DNA of 62,648 nt, counting the filler. It is 8 parts of 8 records of this genome, joined end to end, with 100 filler letters (N's around TTAATTAATTAA, not from the genome) between each part and the next. Parts side by side here need not be neighbours in the genome. Positions count along the whole stretch, not along the records: positions 1 to 5,355 come from DRR723986_8016; positions 5,456 to 22,414 come from DRR723986_8018; 6 more parts are not named here. One strand, given 5' to 3'. The translations under genes were made by a program, and so were the position numbers. The notes below the pieces were generated by a model. That model did not search any database and was not told the origin of the DNA. It was given only the letters and a program-made list of their open reading frames with translations. Shown in pieces: positions 1-8,836 of this stretch. Position 1 is the stretch's first letter; each line of letters begins with the position of its first letter.

Positions 1-27
1 GCCGCCGCCACCGCCACCGCCACCACC
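1..27 (-). repeat. Poly-glycine (GGY)n tract at the window edge
   Basis: gccgccgccaccgccaccgccaccacc reads GGT GGT GGC GGT GGC GGT GGC GGC GGC in the coding frame. Confidence 0.85.
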
Positions 28-3000
28 GCTGACGTCGCGCGCCTCGAGGTCGACCAGCGCGCGGTTCTGGATGGGGGCCGCGCTGAGGCGGCCAAAGGCC
101 GGGTCGCCGTCGCGGTACAGCCGCACCACGTCCTCGCGCGTCAGCGCGTAGCCGTACGCGCGCACGGTGGACACCCAGCCGTCGAACGCCGCGCCGTCCC
201 TGGCGGCGTGCTTGCCCAGCACCAGGTCGTGGCGCCCGAGCATCGGCGAGCCGTGCTTGGACACAAAGTGGGGGAAGCCGTTCTTGTACAGGGTGATCTC
301 GCCGTCCTGCGTCCACACGCCGACAAAGTGGACGTAGCGGTTGGTCTCCAGGCCCGAGAAGATGGACCGGTACGTGCGCCCCACGCCGATCGCCGACGCC
401 CCGGCCGCGCCGAACTCGTTGCTGTGCGCGACGATGCACCGGCTCAGGTCGAGCGACGCCTGCTCCGAGGAGACGAGGAACGCCTCGTCGTTGGTCAGGT
501 TGCTCGCCATGGCCCACACCTCGATCGACAGCGACGGCGTGGTGTCCGCGGTGAGCCCCGCGTTGTCGATGGTCGCGTAGCTGCTGTCCTTGCCCTGGAA
601 GCGCACGCCGCCCGCCTCGGCGTCGAACCTGGCGCCGAACGCCACCACGGTGCCCCTCCCGCGCGGGGCCGACGCGCCGCGGTGGTCGGGCCACGCCGCG
701 CCGGCGGCGGCGTCCGCACCGGCGTCCGCACCGGCGGCAGCGTCGCGCAGGTCGCCCGCCTGCAGCCACACGAGCGCCGACTGCTTGATGTCGCGCACGG
801 TGCGCTGGGCGGGGGCTTGCGCGTTGGGCGACGACGCGCTGTCGTGGCCCATGGCGAACAGGCTGACCACCTCGTCGGCGCTGAGCGCGCGCTGGTAGAC
901 GCGGGCGGAGGCGACAAAGCCGTCGAGGAAGCTGCGCTCGTCCTGGGGGTGCGCGCCGAGCACGAGGTACGGCAGGCCCTCGAAGTTCTCGGTCTCCGCA
1001 GAGGCGAGGTCGGGCACGCCGTTGACGTACAGGAACGAGCGGCCGCCTTGCCTCCACGTCCCGACCACGTGCACCCACTCGCCCACGGACACGGGGCCGG
1101 CGGCGGCGGCGTACGCGCGCCCCACGCCCACCGCGGGCACGGGGTACCAGCCGGCGACGTGGAAGCGCGGGTCGTGCAGGACGAGGGAGCGGTCAAAGTC
1201 GCCGTTGTCGTGGCCGAAGAACCAGCCCGTGTTGCGCGCGCGGACGGCGGCGGGCTGCACCCACGCCTCCAGCGTGAGCTCGGCCATCTCCGCCGGGCCA
1301 ATGTCGAGGTTGAAGATCTTGACGAACGTCGTCCCGTCGCGGAAGCGCGCGCCGCCCGCCACGTCGTCGTAGAGCACGTTGTTGACGTCGACGACGAAGC
1401 CCGCGCTGAAGCGCTGGCCGCGGTGGTCGGCCCACGTGGGGCGGGACCCCTCCACCCCGGGGTCCGCGGCGACCAGGTCGCTCGCCTCCAGCCACAGCAG
1501 CGCGTCCTCGCGCACGTCCGTGGAGCCCACCCCGTCGGCGGAGAAGCCCGGGCGGCACTTGACCTCGCACGTGTCGCCGTGGTTCTTGTTGGCGCACTCG
1601 GAGAAGCTGACCCCCGTGACGCCCTCGGGCACGGGGCACGCGCGCTCCAGGCACGTGGGCAGCTGGCCCGCGAACGTGCCGTCCTCCGAGCACGTCAGCG
1701 GGAACGACTCGCGCTCGGCGTACACGCGCAGCGCCGAGACCTCGCCCTGCAGCACCTGCTCGTGCTTGTCGTGGCAGCCGCTGAGGAACGACACGATGTA
1801 GCCCTTGTCCCCCGTGGCCTCCAGCGGGAGCTCCCGCTCCACCGACACGCGCTCCTCGTCGTTGACGCTGATCGTCGCCGCGCCGCCGCCGTACGCCACC
1901 TCCACCGAGTACAGCACGTCGCGCTCAAAGTCGCAGCCCGTCAGCACCACGCGGTCGGTGCACTGCACGCCAAAGCCGATGGCGAACTTGGACGACCCCG
2001 CCGGGCAGCCCGCGGCGTTGCCCGAGCGCGCAAAGGCGTAGTAGTGGCCCCCGCAGCAGGACGTCTTGGAGCCGCCCAGCGAGAAGAACGCCACCGTCCC
2101 TTCCTCCCCCGCCTGCCCCGTCGCGGACGACACCAGGCCGTTGAACGAGATGGTGAAAGGGGCGCCCGAGGGCATGGCGGAGACGTACGAGTCGGCGAGC
2201 GACGCGACGCGGTAGGCCGCGGACGCCTCGTAGGCCACGTCCACGCTCGGCTCGCCGTCCACGCACGACACGTCGCACGACTGGCCCACGGCCTTGCCGG
2301 CGCAGTTGGAAAAGTCGACCTGCAGCGGGGCGCGGGGGACGGGGCACGTCTTCTCGAGGCACGGGTTGGTGCCGGTGAAGGCGCCGTTGGCGCCGCACTC
2401 GAGCGTGGCCGTGGAGCGGTCGCCCCACGCGCGGACGAACTGCACGGAGCTGGAGACGTGGTCCGCGGCGCCGGCGCTCGAGTGGCACGACGTCAGGTAG
2501 GACACGAGGTAGCGCCCGGAGGCGTCGCTCGCCTCCAGCGGGAACGCGGCGCGCACCGTCTGCTGCCTCTCGCCGTCGACGTAGAGCGCGCTCTTGCCGT
2601 CCTCGTCCAGCGCCGCGCGCACGGTGTACGAGACGCCCTTGGAGAACTTGCAGGCCGAGAACACGGGGGCGGACTGCTTGCACGCGGGCGCAAAGCCGAA
2701 CGCGAACCGCCCCGACCCGTGCGAGCAGCCCACCTCGCCCGAGGAGACGGTGAACACCTCGACGCCGCGGCTGCAGCACTCTTGCGCGCCGCCGAGCAGC
2801 ACGAGGGCGCCGTGGTCCCACGCCTCGGGGGCGTCGGTGTTGACCCTGGCCACAAAGCCGACGTTGAGCGGGCCCTCGGGCAGGCGCTCCAGGAGCGAGT
2901 ACCTTGGCACGGGCGCGCTGACGGTGGTGGCCAGGTCGTACACCACGTCCGGCGACTCGTGGTTGGGCAGGCACTTGGCGGTGCAGCGCTCGCCGGTCTT

Positions 3001-5283
3001 CTTGCCCACGCAGTCGGCAAAGTCGGTGCCCGAGTGGCGCGGCAGCGCGCACTGGTTGGCGGTGCACACGGGGTACTCGCCGGCGAACGAGCCGTCGGCG
3101 GCGCACTCGAGGGCGCTCTCGCACACCACGGCGTCCACGAACGCGAACGGCAGGCCCACCAGCTTGCCCGCGCTCAGGCCCAGCAAGGGGGTGGTGGCCT
3201 GCGCCCACGCGGCGTCGCCGAACACGGCGCTGGTGGGGTTGTCGTTGGCGGCCGCGACGACGGCGCTGACGCTGGAGGTCAGGTCCTCGAGGTTCTTGAA
3301 GCGGCCCTCCGAGTACTTGTCAAAGCCGATGGGGACGCGCGCCGCCGCCTTGCCGCTGCGCTTGACGGCGTTGAGCACCTTCTCCAGCTTCTCCTCGGTG
3401 CGCACGGACACGAGCGACAGGCCCAGGTACGCGCCGCACACCCGCCTGAGGTCGTCGATGCCCTTGACCTGGAGGCCCGCGGTGCTGACCACCACCAGGT
3501 CGCCCTGCATGGCGAAGAACGTGGCGTCGCTGGACGCGTGGGGGTCGAAGCGCGGCACCTCCCTGGCGCGGCAGCACCGCCCGACCCGCGGGCCGCTCGT
3601 GTCGACCGAGAAGAACCGGCAGCCCGGCGTGTCGGCGCACCAGTTGCGGCAGCTCGTCACGGGGTTGTCCGGGTTGCACGGGTAGGCGGCGTACGGCCCG
3701 GACCCGCACGTCAGGCAGGCGTTGATGCCGTCCCACAGCACCGCCTCAATGTCCTCCACGGGCTGCTGGCCGCGCATCAGCGCCGTCGACGTCCCGAACC
3801 CGGCGTTGCAGCGCACGAAGCACCGCTCGCCCGTGCGCGCGCCGCGGCACGCGGACGTGTCCAGGCTGGCCGGCTGCGGGCCCGCCCGGCACATGTTGGG
3901 CACGCACGTGGGGTGGGTGCCGGTGAACTTGGCGTCCATGCCGCACTCGTACACGCCGTCCTCCGAGTCGGGGCGCACGGTGTAGCCCGGCAGGCAGCGC
4001 ACCACGCACTGCTCGCCGTTGGTGAGCCCGCTGCACTCGGAGAAGTCCACGCCGTCCACGGGCTCCGGGTCCCTGCACCCCTTGGGCTCGCACGCGGGCG
4101 GGATCCCCAGCAGCACGCCGCCGCGCGCGCACGTGTACTTGGAGCGCACCGTGGAGGGGAGGAAGGAGATCTTGGGGTCCAGCACGAACGTGGCGCTGTT
4201 CTTGAACTCGTCCGTGTCCTCCGCGACGGTGGCCACCTTGACCACCCCCGAGGCGGCCGAGTACACGACGTAGTCGCCCGGCTGCAAGATGGGGCGGAAG
4301 CTGTGCCCGTCCCTGGCGCCGTTCAGCGCGTCGTCCAGGTAGAACGAGCACCCCTCGGCGTACAGGGTGCCCTGCTCGAACTCCGCGAACAGCAGCTTCT
4401 GGGTCTGGTAGCACAGGTACTTGGCGGCGTCGGGCGAGAAGATGCTGACCGCGCCCTCGGTGCCCGACAGCGACGGCCGGATGGTGAGCTGGTGGCTCGG
4501 CGGGTCCACCATGCGCACGTCCCTCCCGCCGTCGATCTGCATCGACAGCGTCGCGCGCTGCGACGACAGGAAGTGGTGCCTGGTCGGCGACTGGGTGGCG
4601 ACGTACCCCTCCTTGCACGCGATGGTGGTCGACTCGTAGATGGCCAGCGGGGGGGCGGTGACGGGCCCAAGGTCCACGTTGTCCAGCGGTTGGGGCGGCG
4701 CGCAGCTCGACACCTCGCAGTCCGGCAGCGTGCCCAGCAGCAGGCCAGAGGTGCCGCACCGGAAGGTCTGCTCGCTCGGGCCGTGGCCGGGGTGCACGTA
4801 GTGGCCCGGCGAGCACTTGGCCGTGCACTCTTGCGTGGTCTTCCTGCCCTTGCAGGCGGAGGTGTCCACCTCGGCCGACTCGGGCAGGTCGGCGCACGTG
4901 TTCGCGGGGCAGTGCACCGTGTCTCCGTGGAACGCCCCGTCCGGGTTGCACGTCAGCTCCACCGTCTCCCCCGTGTACCCCGGCTGGCAGACCGCGCTGC
5001 AGCGCTCCGTGGTGGTCTTGCCCACGCACGAGGCCACGTCCACGCCCGCCACCTGCTCGGGCTGCGCGCACTGGTTGGCCTGGCACCCCAGCGCGCCCTT
5101 GCCAAACACCCCCGACGGGAGGCACTCGTACGACGACGCCTCGCCCGTGTAGCCCGGCGAGCACCGCGCCGTGCACCCCTCGGTCGTGCGCTTGCCCACG
5201 CAGTCGGCAAAGTCGCCCCCGGCCACCGTCGCGCGCAGCGCCTCGACATCGCACAGGTTCGGTGAGCAGGTGAAGCTGGTGCC
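1..5283 (-). CDS. Internal exon (1761 codons, runs off the contig) of a very large eukaryotic extracellular protein: sushi/CCP-like Cys repeats with AbfB-like, PAN-like, C-type-lectin-like and LamG/ConA-like modules
   Basis: I translated the minus frame 5283->1 by hand and found no stop; third codon positions are almost all G/C. It begins GTSFTCSPNLCDVEA...DFADCVGKRTTEGCTARCSPGYTG and contains LTLEAWVQP...GEWVHVVGTW...LYVNG...ARVYQRALSADEV (Laminin_G_3-type). It is absent from the ORF track because there is no stop inside the window. Confidence 0.92.
1545..5255 (-). repeat. Array of nine sushi/CCP-like protein repeats (C..D(F/T)S.C.G..TG..C...C.PGY...Y.C..DG.F.G..P.C)
   Basis: Recurring units in the translation, e.g. 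CRDPEPVDGVDFSECSGLTNGEQCVVRCLPGYTVRPDSEDGVYECGMDAKFTGTHPTC and CAQPEQVAGVDVASCVGKTTTERCSAVCQPGYTGETVELTCNPDGAFHGDTVHC. Boundaries are approximate. Confidence 0.8.
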
Positions 5284-5355
5284 CTGCAAGAAGGGGCAAC
5301 CAAACCCAACCCCAGAACAAAAAGCGCAGGCGGTGTGTGTGTGTGTGTGTGTGTG
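5284..5355 (-). other. 3' end of a spliceosomal intron (pyrimidine tract + TTGCAG acceptor)
   Basis: The minus strand reads ...cctgcgctttttgttctggggttgggtttggttgccccttcttgcag|GGC ACC AGC. The AG at 5285-5284 abuts the in-frame exon, and composition changes abruptly here. Confidence 0.8.
5333..5355. repeat. (GT)n/(AC)n microsatellite, intronic, at the contig end
   Basis: Run of gtgtgt... up to the N spacer. Confidence 0.95.
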
Positions 5356-5455
5356 NNNNNNNNNNNNNNNNNNNNNNNNNNNNNNNNNNNNNNNNNNNNT
5401 TAATTAATTAANNNNNNNNNNNNNNNNNNNNNNNNNNNNNNNNNNNNNNNNNNNN
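5356..5455. other. Artificial contig spacer
   Basis: N44-TTAATTAATTAA-N44 (stops in all frames); seven identical copies in the window. Confidence 0.98.
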
Positions 5456-5465
5456 CGCCAATCTG

Positions 5466-5496
5466 AAAAGCCCCGAGCCAGAAGCCCGGGGCTTTT
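5466..5496. terminator. Bidirectional intrinsic-terminator-like hairpin
   Basis: aaaagccccg...cggggctttt inverted repeat flanked by A and T tracts. Confidence 0.6.
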
Positions 5497-5585
5497 CCTT
5501 GTTTGGGGGATCGACCCCATGCCGCGCAGGGGCGGGGCTGGGTATCGTGGGGTCAGAAACACGCTCATCCACAGGAGATCCCCCG

Positions 5586-5933
5586 ATGACCCGCCTTTTT
5601 GCCGCTGCCCTGACCGCCCTGACCCTGACCACCGCTGCGGCCCATGCCGAATGCCGGGTGGTGGAATTTGCCCCCGGAACGAATTCCGCACAGGTGCAAG
5701 CCACGTCCTATCACGCATTGACCGAATGCTTCTTCCTTCGCGTCCGCCCCGGTCAGGTCGCGAATGTGCGGATCATCGGTGGAACGGATACGACCTTTGA
5801 CACGCCGGAAACCGGCCCCGATCAGATCGACACGTCCTTCCTGCTGCATTCCAATTGGCTGGAGGTCTACATCCAGAAAGGATCAGCCTACCCGGACCGG
5901 GAAAACGTGATCGTGGAGTTCACCATCAACTGA
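5586..5933 (+). CDS. Small secreted hypothetical protein (115 aa), possibly a PliG/PPC-like beta-sandwich
   Basis: AGGAG RBS, signal peptide MTRLFAAALTALTLTTAAAHA, then VEFAPGTNSA...FLRVRPGQVANVRI. Confidence 0.65.
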   Translation: MTRLFAAALTALTLTTAAAHAECRVVEFAPGTNSAQVQATSYHALTECFFLRVRPGQVANVRIIGGTDTTFDTPETGPDQIDTSFLLHSNWLEVYIQKGSAYPDRENVIVEFTIN

Positions 5934-7059
5934 GCCGCGCCGTCAACTGCGCCAGATCGTTGCGGATCTGACCCCGGATATCCCCCTCGCGCGGTGTGTC
6001 GCGCAGGGTGGTGAACCAATGATCCGGCGGGGTCTTGCCGCGCCGGGCCTTGTCCCAGGTCAGCGCACGGAGCACCGATTCGGCCTCGCTCGGCAAGCGG
6101 TCGGGGATATCGTGGCCGTTCAGCGTGGCCCAGACCCCGGTCCAGAGACGACCCACGGACCACGGGTTATAGCCGCCCCCGCCCAATACCAGAAGGCGCG
6201 GGGCGTTCAGATCCATCAGCGCGCGGACCACGGCCCAATGGGCGTTGTTCGACAGGGTCAGGCGCGACAGCGGGTCTTCCTCGACCGCGTCGGCCCCGCA
6301 TTGAAGAACGATGGCATCAGGGCGAAAGGCGTGCAGGGCGGGCAGGATCAGCGTGTCGCGGATCAGGGCCATTTCGCTGTCATTCAGTCCGCGTGGAACC
6401 GGCAGGTTAAAGCAATTGCCACCGCCGTCATCAACAAGTGCCCCGGTAAAGGGCCAGCGCCGGTCCTCATGCACCGAGATCAGCAGCGTATCGGGATCAC
6501 CGGCAAAGCCATGTTCGACCCCGTCGCAATGATGGGCGTCGATATCGACATAGGCGATCCGTTGCGCACCTGCATGGCGTAGGGACAGCATCGCCAGCAC
6601 CGGATCGTTGAGGTAGCAAAACCCGCCCGCGCGGTCTGGAAATCCGTGATGGGTTCCGCCGCCGGGGTGGTAGATGACGCCGCCATCTGCCAGCAGCTCG
6701 CCCGCCAGCAGGGATGCCCCGGCGGCGGTGGCGGGACGGCGGAACATCTCGGCATAGACCGGGTTTGACACGGTGCCGAGCCCGTGGCGATCGCGGGTTT
6801 CGGCGCTGACCTGTTGTCGGGTTTCTGCCTCTTGCAGGGCCGTCAGGTAATCGGGCGTGTGCCAGATCGTCAGCGCGGCGGGCTTGGCGCGGGGGCTGTT
6901 GCGGTATTGTTGCGGCGGCAACCAGCCCATGGCGCGCGACAGGTCCATGACGGTGGACACGCGCGGCACCCGCAATGGATGGTGCGCCCCGTAGGAGGAA
7001 TGGCGATAGATCTCGGAGCCGAAGAAAAGCGGGTCTTCAAGGGCCGGTTGGTCGGTCAT
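5926..7059 (-). CDS. acuC: Acetoin utilization protein AcuC / histone deacetylase family
   Basis: HPLRVPRV, GGGTHHG...AGGFCYLND, YVDIDAHHCDG, QCGADA..DPL and GGGGY motifs. Confidence 0.9.
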   Translation of the reverse strand: MTDQPALEDPLFFGSEIYRHSSYGAHHPLRVPRVSTVMDLSRAMGWLPPQQYRNSPRAKPAALTIWHTPDYLTALQEAETRQQVSAETRDRHGLGTVSNPVYAEMFRRPATAAGASLLAGELLADGGVIYHPGGGTHHGFPDRAGGFCYLNDPVLAMLSLRHAGAQRIAYVDIDAHHCDGVEHGFAGDPDTLLISVHEDRRWPFTGALVDDGGGNCFNLPVPRGLNDSEMALIRDTLILPALHAFRPDAIVLQCGADAVEEDPLSRLTLSNNAHWAVVRALMDLNAPRLLVLGGGGYNPWSVGRLWTGVWATLNGHDIPDRLPSEAESVLRALTWDKARRGKTPPDHWFTTLRDTPREGDIRGQIRNDLAQLTARLS

Positions 7060-7196
7060 GCGTGATTTCCCTGCCATTGTCGGGAAAGACTTCGCTTCAG
7101 CCGCATGAAATTCAACCCCATCTGTTTGCGGTCGCGGAATTTCTGATTAGATTGGGGCAGAGCAGAACGGTCGCAACAAGAGGCACCCAAGCGCAG

Positions 7197-7673
7197 ATGG
7201 GCAGCTTTCGGACATATCAATCGCCAATGCGCCTGGACGGCGCGGGCAAGCGCGAACCGCGGATGCAGTTCGCCGCTCTGCCCTTTCGGCGGCGAAAGAC
7301 CGAGGTCGAGATCCTGCTGATGACCAGCCGCGATACCGGGCGCTGGATCATTCCCAAGGGCTGGCCCATGGATGGCAAGACCCCTGCCGAGGCTGCTGCA
7401 CAGGAAGCATGGGAAGAGGGGGGGCTGCGCGGGGTGATCAGCGAAACCTGCGCGGGCTTCTATTCCTACACCAAATCCTTGCCGGAGGAGGAGGGCCGCA
7501 CGCCCTGCATCGTTGCCGTCTTCCCGCTGGAGGTGCGAAAGCTGGCCAGTGATTTTCCCGAAGAGGGGATGCGCAAGCTGAAATGGTTTTCCCAACGCAA
7601 GGCTGCGGCGCGTGTCGAAGAGCCCGAGCTGAAGAAAATCATCCGCAATTTCGCACCCGGCAAATATATGTGA
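7197..7673 (+). CDS. NUDIX hydrolase
   Basis: QFAALPFR...ILLMTSRDTGRWIIPKGW and Nudix-like box AAAQEAWEEGG. Confidence 0.88.
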   Translation: MGSFRTYQSPMRLDGAGKREPRMQFAALPFRRRKTEVEILLMTSRDTGRWIIPKGWPMDGKTPAEAAAQEAWEEGGLRGVISETCAGFYSYTKSLPEEEGRTPCIVAVFPLEVRKLASDFPEEGMRKLKWFSQRKAAARVEEPELKKIIRNFAPGKYM

Positions 7674-7732
7674 CAGCCTCGTGACGTTGCAGGGCTTGAT
7701 TCTGCACCCGCGAAGATTACTGTTCTGCAATC

Positions 7733-8176
7733 ATGATCCGCTACACGCTCAAATGCGCCGATGGCCACAGCTTTGACAGCTGGTTCAAATCCGCCGAAGC
7801 CTTCGAGGCGCTCGAAGGACGCGGAATGCTGTCTTGTTCGGTTTGCGGCGGTGGAGACGTGCAAAAGGCGATGATGGCGCCGCGGGTGGCGACCAAGGCT
7901 GCGGTGGCGACGGAAGACGCCGGACCCGCGAAGACAAGCCTTTCGCAATCCGACAACCCCATGGAAGAGGCGCTGAAAGCGTTGCGCAAACATGTGGAGG
8001 AAAACTCCACCTATGTGGGCGGCAATTTTGCCAGTGAGGCGCGCAAGATCCATCTGGGCGAAGCGCCCGACCGGCTGATCCATGGCGAAGCGAAACCCGA
8101 AGAGGCCAAGGCGCTGATAGAGGATGGCATTCCCGTCGCACCCCTGCCGATCATTCCCAAGAACCGGAGCACCTGA
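7733..8176 (+). CDS. DUF1178 family protein
   Basis: MIRYTLKC..GHSFDSWF...CSVCG...KAMMAP...YVGGNFASEARKIH.GEAP.R.IHGEA. Confidence 0.88.
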   Translation: MIRYTLKCADGHSFDSWFKSAEAFEALEGRGMLSCSVCGGGDVQKAMMAPRVATKAAVATEDAGPAKTSLSQSDNPMEEALKALRKHVEENSTYVGGNFASEARKIHLGEAPDRLIHGEAKPEEAKALIEDGIPVAPLPIIPKNRST

Positions 8177-8179
8177 GAC

Positions 8180-8836
8180 ATGCACGCAGTCGTGACCGGG
8201 GCGTCCCGTGGGATCGGACTTGAACTGGTCAGGCAGTTGTCCGAACGGGGCGATGCGGTTTTGGGGACATGCCGCGATGGTCAGACCCATGGCGTGGGTG
8301 CGTGGCATCCGCTGGACGTGACGGACCCTGCCTCGGTTCAGGCGCTATCCGGCGCGCATCCGGGGGCGGTTGATCTGCTGGTGTGTAATGCCGGTGTGTA
8401 TCTGGACAAGCTGCATCAGCTGGACAGCGGCTTTCCACCCGAGATGTGGGCCCAGACCTTTGCGGTCAACGTGACGGGCGTATTTCTGACCGTGCAGGCG
8501 CTGCTGCCGCAACTGCGCGCGGCGGGGGGCGCGAAGATTGCCATTATCGGATCGCAGATGGGCAGCGATACCAAGGCGCCGGGCGGGTCGTTCATCTACC
8601 GTGCGTCGAAGGCGGCGGTGTTGAACCTCGGGCGTAATCTGGCGGCGGAACTGCTGCCAGAGGGGATTGCTGTGGGCATCTATCACCCCGGTTGGGTGCA
8701 GACCGATATGGGTGGAACTGCGGCCGATATCACGGCGGTTGCCTCCGCCGAGGGGTTGCTGACACGGTTCGAGGCGCTGTCGCTGGCCTCCACGGGGTGT
8801 TTTCAGACATGGGACGGGCGCGACCACCCTTATTGA
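8180..8836 (+). CDS. Short-chain dehydrogenase/reductase (CsgA-like)
   Basis: TGASRGIG, CNAG, YRASK and HPGWVQTDMGG motifs. Confidence 0.9.
   Translation: MHAVVTGASRGIGLELVRQLSERGDAVLGTCRDGQTHGVGAWHPLDVTDPASVQALSGAHPGAVDLLVCNAGVYLDKLHQLDSGFPPEMWAQTFAVNVTGVFLTVQALLPQLRAAGGAKIAIIGSQMGSDTKAPGGSFIYRASKAAVLNLGRNLAAELLPEGIAVGIYHPGWVQTDMGGTAADITAVASAEGLLTRFEALSLASTGCFQTWDGRDHPY

Noticed and set aside
208-5265. 1685-aa plus-strand ORF
   Set aside because: It is the exact antisense shadow of the minus-strand exon. It stays open because TTA/CTA/TCA codons are avoided at high GC3, and it ends at the one TCA codon (5265-5263). The product is Arg/Ala-rich with no motifs.
141-5320. Tracked minus-strand ORFs (524, 427, 268 aa, etc.)
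   Set aside because: They are out of frame with the Cys-patterned, codon-biased frame and give low-complexity R/P/G translations.
5356-5455. TTAATTAATTAA repeats as a biological or CRISPR-like repeat
   Set aside because: They sit in fixed-length N padding at every contig junction, so they are linkers. No CRISPR array or cas gene is seen anywhere in the window.
5456-5460. CGCCA at the contig start as a tRNA 3' end (with the tRNA-Ser start at the far end suggesting a circle or island)
   Set aside because: Only 5 nt are visible, and the contig carries core housekeeping genes and no integrase.
5926-7059. Functional link between acuC and the acetoin-dehydrogenase-like cluster
   Set aside because: They are on different contigs, probably from different organisms, and AcuC is a deacetylase.
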